NCBI GenBank assembly: GCA_964483315.1
Contig: CAZAAL010000001.1
Coordinates: 48,867 to 112,866 of the forward strand
Origin: an uncultured Candidatus Saccharibacteria bacterium
Lineage (GTDB): Bacteria; Patescibacteriota; Saccharimonadia; Saccharimonadales; UBA10212
Length of the DNA: 64,000 nucleotides
Direction of reading: 5' to 3'
The translations under genes and the position numbers were made by a program. Position 1 is the first letter of the stretch; each line of letters starts with the position of its first letter. The notes under the pieces were generated by a model, which was not told the DNA's origin, searched no databases, and worked only from the letters and a program-made list of their open reading frames with translations. This document shows positions 1 through 11,026 of the stretch, in pieces.

Positions 1-1603
1 CGGGTGAAGATATATTAAATTCGGTGTCGGCATAGCCATAAATCTGCTGTTCTAAATCACTTATATCATCCTCTAGTTGAACAGCAAATTTATTTAAATA
101 GGCTGTGTCTAGCTTGATTCCATAACGTTCCATTTCGGCCAGTACCGGGACTAAAGGCCATTCGATATCATCAGCTAGCTTTTGAACTTTAGGTAATTGT
201 TTGAGCTGTTCAATTTGATTTTGATAAAGTTTTGTAACTATCGCCTGCATCTCTGGAGCACTTTGAATAAGTTCGGAATCATCCATGTCTTCAAGACTTT
301 TGCCGTCATAATCGATAGTGTTCTGGGCAAGCTCAGTCAGATTTTGTTCACGAGTTAAGCTGTTAATTAAATACGCACCCATTTGTACATCGTGCACAAC
401 TTTTGGTGGATTAATTCCTAGCTCTAGCAAAACTTTTAAGCTTGATTTAGCGTCATAGCCAAAAACCATTTTTAAATCGGCCAGCTTATCAATTAGAGCC
501 TTACCAGTAATATTTTTAAGCTCAAGAGCATGCACATCGTTGTCACTGCCGAATAAAATTACTTTTGGATCCTTGCCATGCTTACCTGAACTGCGACAAT
601 GAATAAAATATGTGTCCTTAGGGTTTATACTTAATTTTTTTAACTTATCCTGCGAATCTATTAAATTTAGTTTTGGTAGCTTAAGTTCAACCCCGCCAAC
701 CGAATCATGAGTTGGCTCTTCAGCGCGCATTCCCTCTGGCAAAAGCCTTAACAAGCTTCTAAACTCAAGTTTTTGTAATAGATCGGCTAGATGTTTTGTA
801 TCTAGCTTGTGTGCGTCCATAGCCGAAAAGTCGAGTTTTACTGGAGCGTCCGTCCATAGCCTAGCGATCTCTTTGCTTAGATATGCTGAGTCTTTGCCCG
901 ACTCTAATTTTTTTCGGACAGATTCTTTTATAAGATCGATATTTTCGTACACACCATCAAGAGTTTCATACTCCTGCAATAGGCTAATGGCAGTTTTTTC
1001 GCCAATACCTGGAACACCTGGGATGTTATCTGAGCTATCACCCTTTAGAGCTTTTAGATCCAAAAATTGCTCAACCTTTATACCATACTTGGCTTCAAAG
1101 CTCTCCGGATGATACTCCTCGATGTTAGAAAAGCCTTTTTTTAGAGCATAGACTTTTGTATGACCATTAATTAGTTGCAGGGCATCTAAATCGCTTGTTA
1201 TGAGCATTGTCTCCATATCTTTTTCTTGAGCTTGTCGAGCCAACGCACCCATGATGTCATCGGCCTCATAATCATCTAGCTCAAGTAACGGCCAATTAAA
1301 GGCTGAAAGTAATTCATGCAGTATCGGAATCTGCGCATAAAAATCTGGCGGTGCGGGTTTTCTACCCGCTTTGTACTGCGGATACATCTCTACCCTTCGT
1401 CTAATGTTTGTTTTTGGCTTGTCCCATGCAACAGCCACATAATCCGGTTGAAGTTTTTTAATCAGTTCCAGAGCCATCGACGTAAATCCATAAACACCAC
1501 CGGTTGGTGTTCCGTCTTTGGTAGATAAGTTAGGCATTGCATAGTAACCACGATAAAAAACGCTCTTGCCATCAATCACCGCCAATTTTTTTCGTTCAGC
1601 CAT
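1..1603 (-). CDS. polA: DNA polymerase I, N-terminal part (5'-3' exonuclease domain onward); the rest of the gene lies beyond the window start
   Basis: Open on the minus strand from the window edge to the ATG at 1603-1601. My translation is MAERKKLAVIDGKSVFYRGYYAMP...TGGVYGF...YEADDIMG...LKGDSSDNIPGVPGIGEKTA, the typical Pol I FEN/5'-3' exo domain. Not in the ORF track because it is truncated by the window. Confidence 0.85.
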   Translation of the reverse strand, partial: MAERKKLAVIDGKSVFYRGYYAMPNLSTKDGTPTGGVYGFTSMALELIKKLQPDYVAVAWDKPKTNIRRRVEMYPQYKAGRKPAPPDFYAQIPILHELLSAFNWPLLELDDYEADDIMGALARQAQEKDMETMLITSDLDALQLINGHTKVYALKKGFSNIEEYHPESFEAKYGIKVEQFLDLKALKGDSSDNIPGVPGIGEKTAISLLQEYETLDGVYENIDLIKESVRKKLESGKDSAYLSKEIARLWTDAPVKLDFSAMDAHKLDTKHLADLLQKLEFRSLLRLLPEGMRAEEPTHDSVGGVELKLPKLNLIDSQDKLKKLSINPKDTYFIHCRSSGKHGKDPKVILFGSDNDVHALELKNITGKALIDKLADLKMVFGYDAKSSLKVLLELGINPPKVVHDVQMGAYLINSLTREQNLTELAQNTIDYDGKSLEDMDDSELIQSAPEMQAIVTKLYQNQIEQLKQLPKVQKLADDIEWPLVPVLAEMERYGIKLDTAYLNKFAVQLEDDISDLEQQIYGYADTEFNISSP

Positions 1604-1633
1604 TGTTATGATTATACACCCCTTTACCTCTGT

Positions 1634-2266
1634 TTAGTGGCTATGGCCGTGGAGATTTTTTTCGGTAGGTCTAAATGCGTACGCTCCTAAGCCACCTGAA
1701 GCAATTGCTGATAAGTGCTCAGCCGACATACCCGCTAAATCAACATTGTACTTTTGGGCCAAAGCACCACCTAATGCCAGAACAGATGATGGCATATCAA
1801 CAAGGCCTATATGTTTTAAGATATCCTTCTCAGAATGACTGTGCCCGTGCCCATTATCTCGACGACTTAGTACAGCTCTTAATGGTTTTGTGGCGACCAA
1901 TGAATTAAATGCTACAGATAGTCCTGCAACAGCTATGGTGCCATAGCCTATCTCTTCATTAACATTGTTTAATAATTCGTAAGTTGCAGTAGTGGCAACA
2001 GCTAATGAGCCACCTGCAATAATCGAATGTGCAATTTTACGTCTTTTATTTATCTTAGATTCATCCAGTTGCTTTTTGTCCAATACATTTTCACATTGAA
2101 TATGATAAGTGTAAGCATCGCCGGCGTTATGTAGCGCATCAGCTAGAACTGCTAGATTATTCAACCTACCCGTTGCAATTTCTGCTCCTGCTAAAATCGT
2201 ATTCCCCCACACAACAAATCGTTGCCAACGACGCGAAACTAACTCTTTTGGATGCTGATGGTCCAT
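1634..2266 (-). CDS. Cation-diffusion-facilitator-like membrane protein (short; no C-terminal cytoplasmic domain)
   Basis: 210 aa with hydrophobic segments, a LADALHNAGDA motif resembling the CDF metal site, and His-rich stretches (GHGHSHSE, HGHSH). Confidence 0.45.
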   Translation of the reverse strand: MDHQHPKELVSRRWQRFVVWGNTILAGAEIATGRLNNLAVLADALHNAGDAYTYHIQCENVLDKKQLDESKINKRRKIAHSIIAGGSLAVATTATYELLNNVNEEIGYGTIAVAGLSVAFNSLVATKPLRAVLSRRDNGHGHSHSEKDILKHIGLVDMPSSVLALGGALAQKYNVDLAGMSAEHLSAIASGGLGAYAFRPTEKNLHGHSH

Positions 2267-2329
2267 AACAAACTAGACTACCTTGAATAAACTTATTAAA
2301 CAAAAGCGTTTTAACCTATAATTGAGTTA

Positions 2330-5107
2330 ATGTCAGAAAATAATAACAAACATATTAAGCCAGCCTACCAGCTAGATACTGAAGAGGTCATAAGACAGCT
2401 CGACTCAAATATCCACGGGCTGACTGATAAAGAGGCTGATATAAGGCTTCAACAGTATGGGAATAATGACCTTGGCAAAATAAAAAAAGATCCTGGCTGG
2501 TTAAAATATTTCCGGCAATTTAAAGACTTGCTTATTATTTTACTAATTATTAACGTAGTTATCTCTGTTTTGTTGAAAGACTATCAAACGGCAACAATCA
2601 TTGCTTCGCTAATTATTATAAATACCTTTATCGGATACTGGCAGGAGCATAAGGCCGAGAATATATTAATCTCTTTAACCAAACTAGTTGTTCCCAAAAC
2701 TCGTGTTAGGCGAAATGGCGAAATAATTGAAATCCCCACAAGCGAGTTGGTACCGGGTGATGTAATTAGCATAACAGAGGGGGATAGCGTACCGGCCGAT
2801 GCTAGAGTCTTTAAGGAAAACAACTTATCAACAAATGATTTTGCACTTACTGGCGAAAGCAACCCAAGCAGGAAATTTACACATAAATTAGATGAACATG
2901 TTGAGCTAGCTTTACGCCACAATCTAGTGTTTATGGGAACAACCGTAGCAACCGGAGACGCGATGTGTGTAGTAATAAGTACTGGGCTTCAGACCGAACT
3001 AGGTAGAATCGCTGGGCTAAGTCAACAAACTGAGCAAGATTTAAGTCCATTGCAAAAAGAAATAAATTATACAGCTACCTTAATCACCAAAAGTACATTG
3101 ATTTTTGCAAGTGTACTGTTAATGATTGCTTTGTTCCAAGATTTTGGTTTTAAAAATGCTCTGTTGTTCGCTATAGGAATAGGTGCAGCCATGATCCCTA
3201 ACGGATTACCAGCAGCGATCAATGTAACATTGACTGGAGCTGCCACAAAGCTAGCTTCAGTAAAAGTTTTAGCCAAACGATTGAGCGCAATCGAAACTCT
3301 TGGCTCTACAAGTATGATCCTAACGGATAAGACCGGTACACTAACCAAAAACCAGATGACTGTTCAGCAGATATATACAGGTCAAAAATCATATTGGGTA
3401 CAAGGTATCGGTTACGAACCAAAGGGCAATATTCTAAAAAATGATAAATCAGCTGTTACTCAAAGTGAGCTGAAGGCTATGGAGATTCTTTTTCTAACTT
3501 GTATGTTTGCAAGCAATGCTCATATCCGCCCTCCAGACGAGGAACATAAGGAATGGTATGTGCTTGGAGATCCAACCGAAGGAGCTCTGGTCGTATTGGC
3601 TGAAAAACAAGGCATCAATACTGATGAGTTAGATGAAAAGTATGAAGAAATTAAAGAATTCACATTTGATTCTGTCCGTAAAATGATGAGCTCGGTTCGA
3701 GATTACAATGGACTTAAGGTTTTTGCTAAAGGCGCGCCTGAAAGCATATTAAAAAACTGTACGCATATTATTGATAACGGACACGAAAGGCCAATCACTA
3801 AAGAAGATATTAAGCACATACTGGCTAAATCTGAGATGCTAGCTGTAGCTGCAATGCGTAACCTAGCGTTGGCATATAAAAAACTCCCTGACAGTACCAA
3901 TATTATGAATCTAGATATGAATACAGCAGAATCAAAACTTGTATTCATTGGAATGGTAAGTATGATTGACCCACCTCGTGACGAGGTTGCTATGGCAATG
4001 TCGGCTGCTCAATACGCACATGTGCCTGTAAGCATAATTACCGGCGATAATGCGGTTACAGCCAGTGCGATAGCTATAAAAACTGGTCTTGCATCAAATA
4101 CCAGTGAGCTCAAAATAGTTAACGGAACCGAACTTAGAGACATGGAAGACGATCAAATTATTCACTTAATCAGCAGAGGCCGAGCAGTTTTTAGCCGAGT
4201 AGCACCTGAAGATAAACTGCGTATAGTAGAACTTGGTAAAAAATCAGGTCATGTTGTAGCTGTAACTGGCGATGGCATTAATGATGCACCAGCACTAAAA
4301 CGAGCCGATATTGGCGTAGCAATGGGTATTGCTGGAACCGATGTATCCAAAGAATCTTCAGACATTGTTCTGCTTGATGATAGCTTTGGGAGTTTAGTCA
4401 CGGCGATTGGTCAAGGACGTGTGATTTTTGAAAATATTAAAAAAATTGTACTTTCTGTTCTTACTGGTAATACTAGCGAACTGACAGTCATACTAATTAG
4501 CTTAGCCGGTTTTGGTATTTGGGGTATACCAATCGCAATTACAGTAATTCTAATTTTGGCAATTGATTTGGTCGCCGAATTATTCCCAGTTGCTGCACTT
4601 GGTTGGGATACGGCAGATAATGAAGTAATGAAGAATCATCCCAGAAAGCTCGATGAGCATATCCTTCATAAAACCTCAATAGTCGACGTTACTTTAAGTG
4701 GACTGTTAAATGGTGCACTAGCTTATGGATTATTCTATTTGTTTATAGTAAAGAGCGGACAAGAGCCTAGTCAACTATCGACAAACAGCGAAATATACGC
4801 AAGTGCCATAACACTCACTTACATAACTATATGTTTTTGCATGTTTGCAAATATCCTATCGAGACGCGCGCCCAGTATTAAACAAGCATTCTTTAGTGGG
4901 TATTTGTTTTCAAATCACCAACTATGGCTTGCCTTTGGCATGAGCTTAATAGCTATGCTTGCTATTACTTATGTTCCGTTTATTCAAAATTTTGCTGGTA
5001 GCGGGCCACTTGGGATTATCGATTGGTGCCTAGCAATTGGTGCTGGAGTAGTGTATTTGTTATTCAGACGATTGGTTATAGCGCCAATCACAAAACGATC
5101 TAGCTGA
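2330..5107 (+). CDS. Cation-transporting P-type ATPase (P2-type, Ca2+/Mg2+-like)
   Basis: 925 aa with DKTGTLT phosphorylation motif, [35 protein letters not shown] and about 10 TM segments. Confidence 0.9.
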   Translation: MSENNNKHIKPAYQLDTEEVIRQLDSNIHGLTDKEADIRLQQYGNNDLGKIKKDPGWLKYFRQFKDLLIILLIINVVISVLLKDYQTATIIASLIIINTFIGYWQEHKAENILISLTKLVVPKTRVRRNGEIIEIPTSELVPGDVISITEGDSVPADARVFKENNLSTNDFALTGESNPSRKFTHKLDEHVELALRHNLVFMGTTVATGDAMCVVISTGLQTELGRIAGLSQQTEQDLSPLQKEINYTATLITKSTLIFASVLLMIALFQDFGFKNALLFAIGIGAAMIPNGLPAAINVTLTGAATKLASVKVLAKRLSAIETLGSTSMILTDKTGTLTKNQMTVQQIYTGQKSYWVQGIGYEPKGNILKNDKSAVTQSELKAMEILFLTCMFASNAHIRPPDEEHKEWYVLGDPTEGALVVLAEKQGINTDELDEKYEEIKEFTFDSVRKMMSSVRDYNGLKVFAKGAPESILKNCTHIIDNGHERPITKEDIKHILAKSEMLAVAAMRNLALAYKKLPDSTNIMNLDMNTAESKLVFIGMVSMIDPPRDEVAMAMSAAQYAHVPVSIITGDNAVTASAIAIKTGLASNTSELKIVNGTELRDMEDDQIIHLISRGRAVFSRVAPEDKLRIVELGKKSGHVVAVTGDGINDAPALKRADIGVAMGIAGTDVSKESSDIVLLDDSFGSLVTAIGQGRVIFENIKKIVLSVLTGNTSELTVILISLAGFGIWGIPIAITVILILAIDLVAELFPVAALGWDTADNEVMKNHPRKLDEHILHKTSIVDVTLSGLLNGALAYGLFYLFIVKSGQEPSQLSTNSEIYASAITLTYITICFCMFANILSRRAPSIKQAFFSGYLFSNHQLWLAFGMSLIAMLAITYVPFIQNFAGSGPLGIIDWCLAIGAGVVYLLFRRLVIAPITKRSS

Positions 5108-6221
5108 TGTAGTCGTGGAGTTTTTTAGCGTCTTTGTGTTTTCGAAGCTTGGCGAGTGCCTTTGCCTCAATTTGCCTAATACGTTCACGTGTAACCATAA
5201 ATTCTTGGCCTACTTCTTCAAGTGTGTGGCTTTTACCATCTTCAAGACCAAAACGAAGTTTTAGGATTTTTTGTTCTCGTTCGGTTAGTGTTCCTAGAAT
5301 TTGCTTAACTTGTTCTTTTAGGAGTTGCCCGGTGGCTGACTCTTCAGGACTAACGGTATCCTCGTCTTCGATAAAATCACCGAGCACACTGTCTTCTTCA
5401 TCATCACGTACGCTGGCATCTAGACTTGAGATGTCCTGCTTGATTTTCATAATGTGTTCAACTTTATCGACTTCCATTTCCATGGCTTGGGCGATTTCTT
5501 CGTTGGTTGGTTCACGATTTAGCTCTTGAGTCAGTCGTCTTTGGGTTCGGAGCAATTTGTTGATAGTTTCGACCATGTGAACCGGTATACGTATAGTCCT
5601 GGCTTGATCAGCAATTGCACGCGTAATGGCCTGTCGAATCCACCAGGTTGCGTACGTACTAAACTTAAAACCACGATCCGGGTCAAACTTTTCAACTGCC
5701 CTTAAAAGTCCTGTGTTGCCTTCTTGTATCAAATCCAAAAGGTCTAGGCCTCGCCCTACATATCTTTTGGCAATACTAACCACAAGACGCATGTTGGCTT
5801 CAGCCATCTTGTCTTTGGCTCTTTTGTCACCAGATACGACTTTTTGGGCTAAAGCTAACTCTTCTTCTGCTGTAAGCAGTGGAATTTTACCTATCTCGCG
5901 CAAGTATAGTCTGACACTATCATCAGCAATGTCATCAAGATACGAATTATCATCTAAGATTAGTTCTTCACCATCTTCAAGCGTCCATTCATCACTAAAA
6001 TCTTCGGCACTCGGCTCAGTAATACCGTTAACCGTAATATTTGCATCAGCCAGTTGACTATATAAATCATCAAGCACATCAATATTTTCAGGCACATCTG
6101 GAATGGCCTTAAAAATATCCCTTTGCTCGAGCTTTCCGTCTTTTTTGCCTTTTTCGATTAATTTTAGCTTTTCGCTATCAAATGAATCAGCCGCGACCTT
6201 TTTAACTTTCTTATCCGCCAT
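5100..6221 (-). CDS. rpoD: RNA polymerase sigma factor RpoD (sigma-70)
   Basis: 373 aa. Conserved regions 2-4 are present ([51 protein letters not shown]). Confidence 0.92.
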   Translation of the reverse strand: MADKKVKKVAADSFDSEKLKLIEKGKKDGKLEQRDIFKAIPDVPENIDVLDDLYSQLADANITVNGITEPSAEDFSDEWTLEDGEELILDDNSYLDDIADDSVRLYLREIGKIPLLTAEEELALAQKVVSGDKRAKDKMAEANMRLVVSIAKRYVGRGLDLLDLIQEGNTGLLRAVEKFDPDRGFKFSTYATWWIRQAITRAIADQARTIRIPVHMVETINKLLRTQRRLTQELNREPTNEEIAQAMEMEVDKVEHIMKIKQDISSLDASVRDDEEDSVLGDFIEDEDTVSPEESATGQLLKEQVKQILGTLTEREQKILKLRFGLEDGKSHTLEEVGQEFMVTRERIRQIEAKALAKLRKHKDAKKLHDYIS

Positions 6222-6248
6222 AAATTAGCTCTCCCAATAATTTATTTA

Positions 6249-7988
6249 CTATTTTAAGAGTTTGTTTAGCTCGTTTACCTGTTTTAAGAGCGAGTCAGTT
6301 GACTTACCATCTGGCAACGAATCTATTTGTTTTAGTATTTTTTCCTTTTCGCTCGTTACATAGCTTGCTATCAGGCGAATCTTCAGCCGAGTCGCTTGCT
6401 CGTGCAAGTCGTTATACTCGAGATCTTGATAGAGTTCTTCAAACTGTAATGATAATATTTTGACATAATCAATCACCAAACGCAAGCCTTTTGCCTCTTT
6501 TTGTACGCCCCCAAACTCTGGATTTTTTATCAAAAAGTCTAAAACTTTTTTGGCATCATCCTGAATAAAAAATTCATCCTTTAGACCAGTTAATAAATCA
6601 CGTGTTTTAGGTTGCATTAGAACCATGCATAAAAAGTGATCCTCAAGTTTTTTACGCTCAAGATTATCTTCGGCAGTTGATCCTTTTGTTTTAACTTTTT
6701 TTAGCAGATTTTTTGGAGCATGGGGTGTTTGATTAAGCTTTGCCTCAATCGCCGAACTCGACACACCGGCGATTTTGGCAATTAGTTTTACATAGTGGTC
6801 TTTTTCAACCGGATCGTTTAGCCGTCTTATTGTACTTAGAACTGTGTCTGTAAAAACTCGCTTACCTTCGGCTGATTTTAGATCGAGCTGATTTTTATAT
6901 TGATCAATCAGCCAGTCAACAACATAGTATTTATGTTCAAGAGCATCTTGCCATAAGTGCACATCTTTATGTATTAACTCATCTGGATCTTTTGCCAACT
7001 CAAGCGGAATAATGCTTAGGTTGACACCTGCTTTTTGAGCTAGTGGAATTGTGCGCTCGGTGGCATTTAGACCTGCTTGATCTGCATCAAAACATAACCT
7101 TATATCTCCAGTAAATCGCTTCAGTTCTTTTAAATGAAGTTCGGTCATAGCTGTCCCAGCAGTAGCTACTACGTTTTTTGTTCCAGCTTGGTGCGCGCTT
7201 ATAACATCTAAATTTCCCTCAACAACAACTACAAAGCCCTCTTTACGAATTTTTTCTTTTGCTAAATGTAAGCCAAATATATTGCGACTTTTATCGTAAA
7301 CAATTGTGGCCGGGGTATTTATATATTTTGGTGAGTCTTGCTCGTCGCTTAACAGGCGAGCCGTAAACCCAATAACTGTACCCTGAGAATCAGCCAGCGG
7401 AATCATAATCCTGCCCCTAAACATATCACCTAAGCCACGCTGTCTTTCAACAACCAAGCCTGCTCTTTTCATCTCTTCAGTCGTGAAGCCTTTTTTTGTT
7501 AAAAAGGTACTAAGTGCCCTACCGCTATTTGGCGAATAACCTATTTGCCATTCCAATAAAGTTTGCTTGGTATACTGCCTTGTTTTTATTAGATAATTTA
7601 AGGCACTTGGATTGGCTTTTAGTTGAGCTTGATAAAACTTGGTAGCCCACTCATATGCCTCTTGAACACGTTTTTTAAGAGATGAGTTGCCTGATGGCAT
7701 GGTGCTATATTGATCCAGATCAACTCCAGCCTTCCTCGCCAGAAGTTGTAGCGACTGTCTAAAATCTAACCCCTCAACTTCCATAACAAAACTAAACATG
7801 TTTCCACCTTTGCCGCTAGAAAAATCATGCCATATTTGTTTTTCGGGGCTAACCATAAAACTTGGTGTTTTTTCATTAGTGAAAGGACTCAACCCCTTAA
7901 AGTTACGGCCAGATCGCTTCAACTGGACATACTCACCGATTACGTCTTCAATTGCTAGCCTTGATTTTACCTCTTCAACAGCATCCAT
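6249..7988 (-). CDS. dnaG: DNA primase DnaG
   Basis: Zinc-ribbon region (GLSPFTNEKTPSFMVSPEKQIWHDFSSGKGGN) and TOPRIM (VVVEGNLDVISAHQAG, DADQAG). The ORF track starts at TTG 8030. The ATG at 7988 (MDAVEEVKSRL...) matches the usual DnaG N-terminus better; the start is uncertain. Confidence 0.9.
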   Translation of the reverse strand: MDAVEEVKSRLAIEDVIGEYVQLKRSGRNFKGLSPFTNEKTPSFMVSPEKQIWHDFSSGKGGNMFSFVMEVEGLDFRQSLQLLARKAGVDLDQYSTMPSGNSSLKKRVQEAYEWATKFYQAQLKANPSALNYLIKTRQYTKQTLLEWQIGYSPNSGRALSTFLTKKGFTTEEMKRAGLVVERQRGLGDMFRGRIMIPLADSQGTVIGFTARLLSDEQDSPKYINTPATIVYDKSRNIFGLHLAKEKIRKEGFVVVVEGNLDVISAHQAGTKNVVATAGTAMTELHLKELKRFTGDIRLCFDADQAGLNATERTIPLAQKAGVNLSIIPLELAKDPDELIHKDVHLWQDALEHKYYVVDWLIDQYKNQLDLKSAEGKRVFTDTVLSTIRRLNDPVEKDHYVKLIAKIAGVSSSAIEAKLNQTPHAPKNLLKKVKTKGSTAEDNLERKKLEDHFLCMVLMQPKTRDLLTGLKDEFFIQDDAKKVLDFLIKNPEFGGVQKEAKGLRLVIDYVKILSLQFEELYQDLEYNDLHEQATRLKIRLIASYVTSEKEKILKQIDSLPDGKSTDSLLKQVNELNKLLK

Positions 7989-8106
7989 GCCTCCAGTATA
8001 ACTGGACAATTCACAATTTTCATTTTTCAATTTTTGTTAATTGAGCTTTAAAAGTGATGTCGTTTGGTCTTTACCCTAAATACTAACGCCTATATACTTA
8101 TGCTTA

Positions 8107-8736
8107 ATGCAACCACAACAACCACAAAATAAAGCCCCCATAGAATCGCCCATCCCCCAGCCAAACGCGCCCGATAATCCGTATGAATTTATTCTAAACC
8201 CACCGCAACCCTCAAAAAATAAATCCGGATTTAGCGGCTTAAAGAAACTACCAATTATGATTGGCGCTGGCCTTGGAGTTTTGCTTATTCTAATAATGGC
8301 TGTCGCACTTTTAAGTGGTGGCAAAAATACCAACTCAACTGGCCTGTTTGGACTTGTCGCAGAACAACAAGAGATAATCCGAGTTAGCGACTTGGCTTTA
8401 AAATCCTCAAAAGACCCATCGACTTTAGCTTTAGCCACCACAGTAAAAACTAGCTTAGTGTCAGATCAAAACAAGACTTTAGAGCTTATTTCATCGAGTG
8501 GTAGTGAACTGCCAAAAGGACAAATTAGTAGCAAGCTAAACAAAAAAACTGACGATACAATAACAAGCGCAGTCCAATCCAATACATTGTCACAAGTCTA
8601 CAATGACTATCTTACAGCCAGTTTAGGCACCTACCAAAAAAATCTAAAAATTGTTTACGACTCTGGTGGGCCAAAAACCAAAGCGTTTGCGCAAAGTGCC
8701 TTTAACAGTAGTGGATTAATTATAGCCAGTCTTTAG
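8107..8736 (+). CDS. Hypothetical membrane-anchored protein (P/Q-rich N-terminus, one TM)
   Basis: 209-aa ORF with TM LPIMIGAGLGVLLILIMAVALL. I recognise no family. Confidence 0.5.
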   Translation: MQPQQPQNKAPIESPIPQPNAPDNPYEFILNPPQPSKNKSGFSGLKKLPIMIGAGLGVLLILIMAVALLSGGKNTNSTGLFGLVAEQQEIIRVSDLALKSSKDPSTLALATTVKTSLVSDQNKTLELISSSGSELPKGQISSKLNKKTDDTITSAVQSNTLSQVYNDYLTASLGTYQKNLKIVYDSGGPKTKAFAQSAFNSSGLIIASL

Positions 8737-9059
8737 GATTTAGCCGTTGCTAAATCATAACTTAGTCTAATCAGATCTTTAACTTCATCCCAGCTTAACT
8801 GGCCGGTTAAGATAATTGTATTCCAGTGTTTTTTATTTAGATGATACCCTGGTACAACCGTTTCATATTTTTGGCGCAAAGTCTCTGCAAGCAATGGGTC
8901 GCATTTTAGGCTGATTCTAACCGGTGATGATTTTTCAGCAATTAATGCAAACATTTTTTCGCCAGCTTTATAGACAGCGGTTCCTTCCCCAAACGGATAA
9001 TCCAAGCGCGCGTTAGGCATACTTAAAAGATAATCTTCGACTTCTTTATGATTAATCAT
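8733..9059 (-). CDS. MmcQ/YjbR family DNA-binding protein
   Basis: 108 aa. The pattern DYPFGEGTAVYKAGEKMFALI...HLNKKHWNTIILTG is typical of the YjbR fold. Confidence 0.7.
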   Translation of the reverse strand: MINHKEVEDYLLSMPNARLDYPFGEGTAVYKAGEKMFALIAEKSSPVRISLKCDPLLAETLRQKYETVVPGYHLNKKHWNTIILTGQLSWDEVKDLIRLSYDLATAKS

Positions 9060-9609
9060 TAAATTTTATATTATCAGAATAGTGTTTTAATTCGGCAATC
9101 GATTCATGTATATCATCAAGCGCCCTGTGTAGTTCTTTCTTTTTGTATTCACCCTGGCCATTAGCAAGCCACCAGAGTTTAAAGCTACTTACATCAAGCA
9201 TTCGATAGTGTAATAGGCTTGCAAAATCTGGTAGGCTCCTGTCGATAAAAGCTCTATCTACTCTAATTGAGTTACCTGCAAGATACACAGGTTCCCCTTC
9301 TTTAAAGTTATCAGCCATAAGCACACATAAATCATATTCAACCATGCTATCAGTCTTGCCAGATGCTAATTCTTTTAATATTTTCTTGCGCCCATCAGGA
9401 CGACTAACCCAAAATGGGTTTTTTAGAAGTAGCTCGTTAATATAATCTTCTCCGTACCTGATAAGGCTATGGTAGCTAGCAAGTTCATTTAAATTTGAAT
9501 CAGTTATAACAACTGCAACCTCCAGTATTTTATCAACGCTTGGGTCAAGCCCTGTCATCTCCAGATCCAGCCATACAAATTTAGTTGGCACTTCGTTATT
9601 TTTGATCAT
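9052..9609 (-). CDS. orn: Oligoribonuclease
   Basis: 185 aa with DEDDh exonuclease motifs (WLDLEMTGLDP, ILEVAVVITD, LAGNSIRVDRAFI, HRALDDIHESI). Confidence 0.8.
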   Translation of the reverse strand: MIKNNEVPTKFVWLDLEMTGLDPSVDKILEVAVVITDSNLNELASYHSLIRYGEDYINELLLKNPFWVSRPDGRKKILKELASGKTDSMVEYDLCVLMADNFKEGEPVYLAGNSIRVDRAFIDRSLPDFASLLHYRMLDVSSFKLWWLANGQGEYKKKELHRALDDIHESIAELKHYSDNIKFND

Positions 9610-10013
9610 AGTTTACCTTTTAATACTTCGTGCGGTTTAAAGTCTAGGCTACACGAATTTATACAAAAACGCATGCCAGTTGGCTGATCCAATGCATCAT
9701 TAAATACATGCCCCAAGTGACCCCCGCACTTAGCACACTGGACTTCAACTCGGTGCATACCGTGACTCAAATCTTCTACCAATCTAACATTTTCAGCAGA
9801 AGCAACATCATAAAAACTCGGCCAGCCACTTCCTGAGTCAAACTTGTGCTCACTCTTAAACAATTCACTGTGGCAACCCATGCACAAATAACTCCCGTCA
9901 GCTTTATTGTACAAGAGCTCCCCCGTAAATGGGGCTTCAGTTCCCTTTTTTCTTAGTACTTCGTACTGCTTTGGGGACAGCTTTTTCTTCCACTGTTCGT
10001 CGTTTAGTTGCAT
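9606..10013 (-). CDS. msrB: Peptide-methionine (R)-S-oxide reductase
   Basis: 135 aa with GTEAPFTGELL, CxxC pairs, GWPSF and RFCINS motifs. Confidence 0.9.
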   Translation of the reverse strand: MQLNDEQWKKKLSPKQYEVLRKKGTEAPFTGELLYNKADGSYLCMGCHSELFKSEHKFDSGSGWPSFYDVASAENVRLVEDLSHGMHRVEVQCAKCGGHLGHVFNDALDQPTGMRFCINSCSLDFKPHEVLKGKL

Positions 10014-10290
10014 CTTTGCTATCTATTTTATCACTGCCCCACTGCCATTTAGGAGGTTCACCCTTTCTGTAGCTGATGCCCAATAAAAATGAGGTCAAAC
10101 TGAGTATAATAAGGCCCCAGGCCACCACATAAACTACACCGAGTTCCTCTCCGGAATTTGGCAACAATATAATTGTAAAAATGATTGCTAACACTACATA
10201 CAAACCAACTGCCAACCAGCCTTGCCAAGTGATAGGCGTCCATCCCCAACCGTACCTTCTTTTTTTAAACCAAAGTTTTTCTTTTGGCAC
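9937..10290 (-). CDS. Small membrane protein (2 TM), hypothetical
   Basis: 117-aa ORF with two clear hydrophobic helices. Its 3' end overlaps the msrB start by 77 nt, so the C-terminal part or the msrB start may be mis-set. Confidence 0.4.
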   Translation of the reverse strand: MPKEKLWFKKRRYGWGWTPITWQGWLAVGLYVVLAIIFTIILLPNSGEELGVVYVVAWGLIILSLTSFLLGISYRKGEPPKWQWGSDKIDSKDATKRRTVEEKAVPKAVRSTKKKGN

Positions 10291-10295
10291 GCGCT

Positions 10296-10586
10296 TTATT
10301 TTGCACTTTTCCAGAACGATTTAAGTGAAATTACCAATCTAACCACTAACTCAAGTATTACGACTTGAACCAATAGTGTAAATGTCGGTAATAAATATAT
10401 TTGGTCCCAACCAATTGAGGTCTGAGAGTTGAGATATTCTGATTCTTTACCAGAGACAAATTCTGTCAATCTTGACGCCAGATCAAATGAAACCGTTGAT
10501 AGAAAGTTAGTTAACAGCAGCGCCAGCGCAACGGCTACAAGAACCGAAGACGCATCCTTTCGTTTTAGAACTTTTACTAATACCAT
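10296..10586 (-). CDS. Small membrane protein, hypothetical
   Basis: 96 aa, two hydrophobic segments, in an operon-like array with its neighbours. Confidence 0.4.
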   Translation of the reverse strand: MVLVKVLKRKDASSVLVAVALALLLTNFLSTVSFDLASRLTEFVSGKESEYLNSQTSIGWDQIYLLPTFTLLVQVVILELVVRLVISLKSFWKSAK

Positions 10587-10601
10587 TTTAAACTCCTTAG
10601 T

Positions 10602-10967
10602 TTATTTATCCGATTTTTTATCAATCTTATCGAGCTTTAGGCCATGCACAACATAATAGATTACTCCTGCAACGGCCAATAAAACAATTAACGATGATAC
10701 TACCTCGCCCCATCCAATAACTAGGTACCTATCGCCTAAAGTAAACCAATAGTCTGTTTTAATAGTATCCTCACCGACTATGTTCCACTTTGACGCATCT
10801 AAGTTTACGCCACTACCTAAAATAAAAGCCACAAAGGGGTCAATAAATCCGTTAACAATAGATTCAACGGTTTTGCCCACTTGCACACCAATTGCTAGAC
10901 CAATTGCTAGGCCAATGATTCCCTGCTCGCGGATAAAACCCATAAAACCCCTAAGATTTTTATTCAT
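10602..10967 (-). CDS. mscL: Large-conductance mechanosensitive channel
   Basis: 121 aa. The N-terminus FMGFIREQGIIGLAIGLAIGVQVGKTVESIVNGFIDP is characteristic of MscL. Confidence 0.85.
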   Translation of the reverse strand: MNKNLRGFMGFIREQGIIGLAIGLAIGVQVGKTVESIVNGFIDPFVAFILGSGVNLDASKWNIVGEDTIKTDYWFTLGDRYLVIGWGEVVSSLIVLLAVAGVIYYVVHGLKLDKIDKKSDK

Positions 10968-11026
10968 AAAATCTCCCGTTTACCTTAGGAGTAATTATAT
11001 ACCGAATTTTAAAAAACGTTAGCGTT

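Noticed and set aside
10058-10249. 63-aa minus-strand ORF nested in 9937-10290
   Set aside because: It is an alternative frame of the same strand region. The 117-aa frame gives clean TM helices; this one does not.
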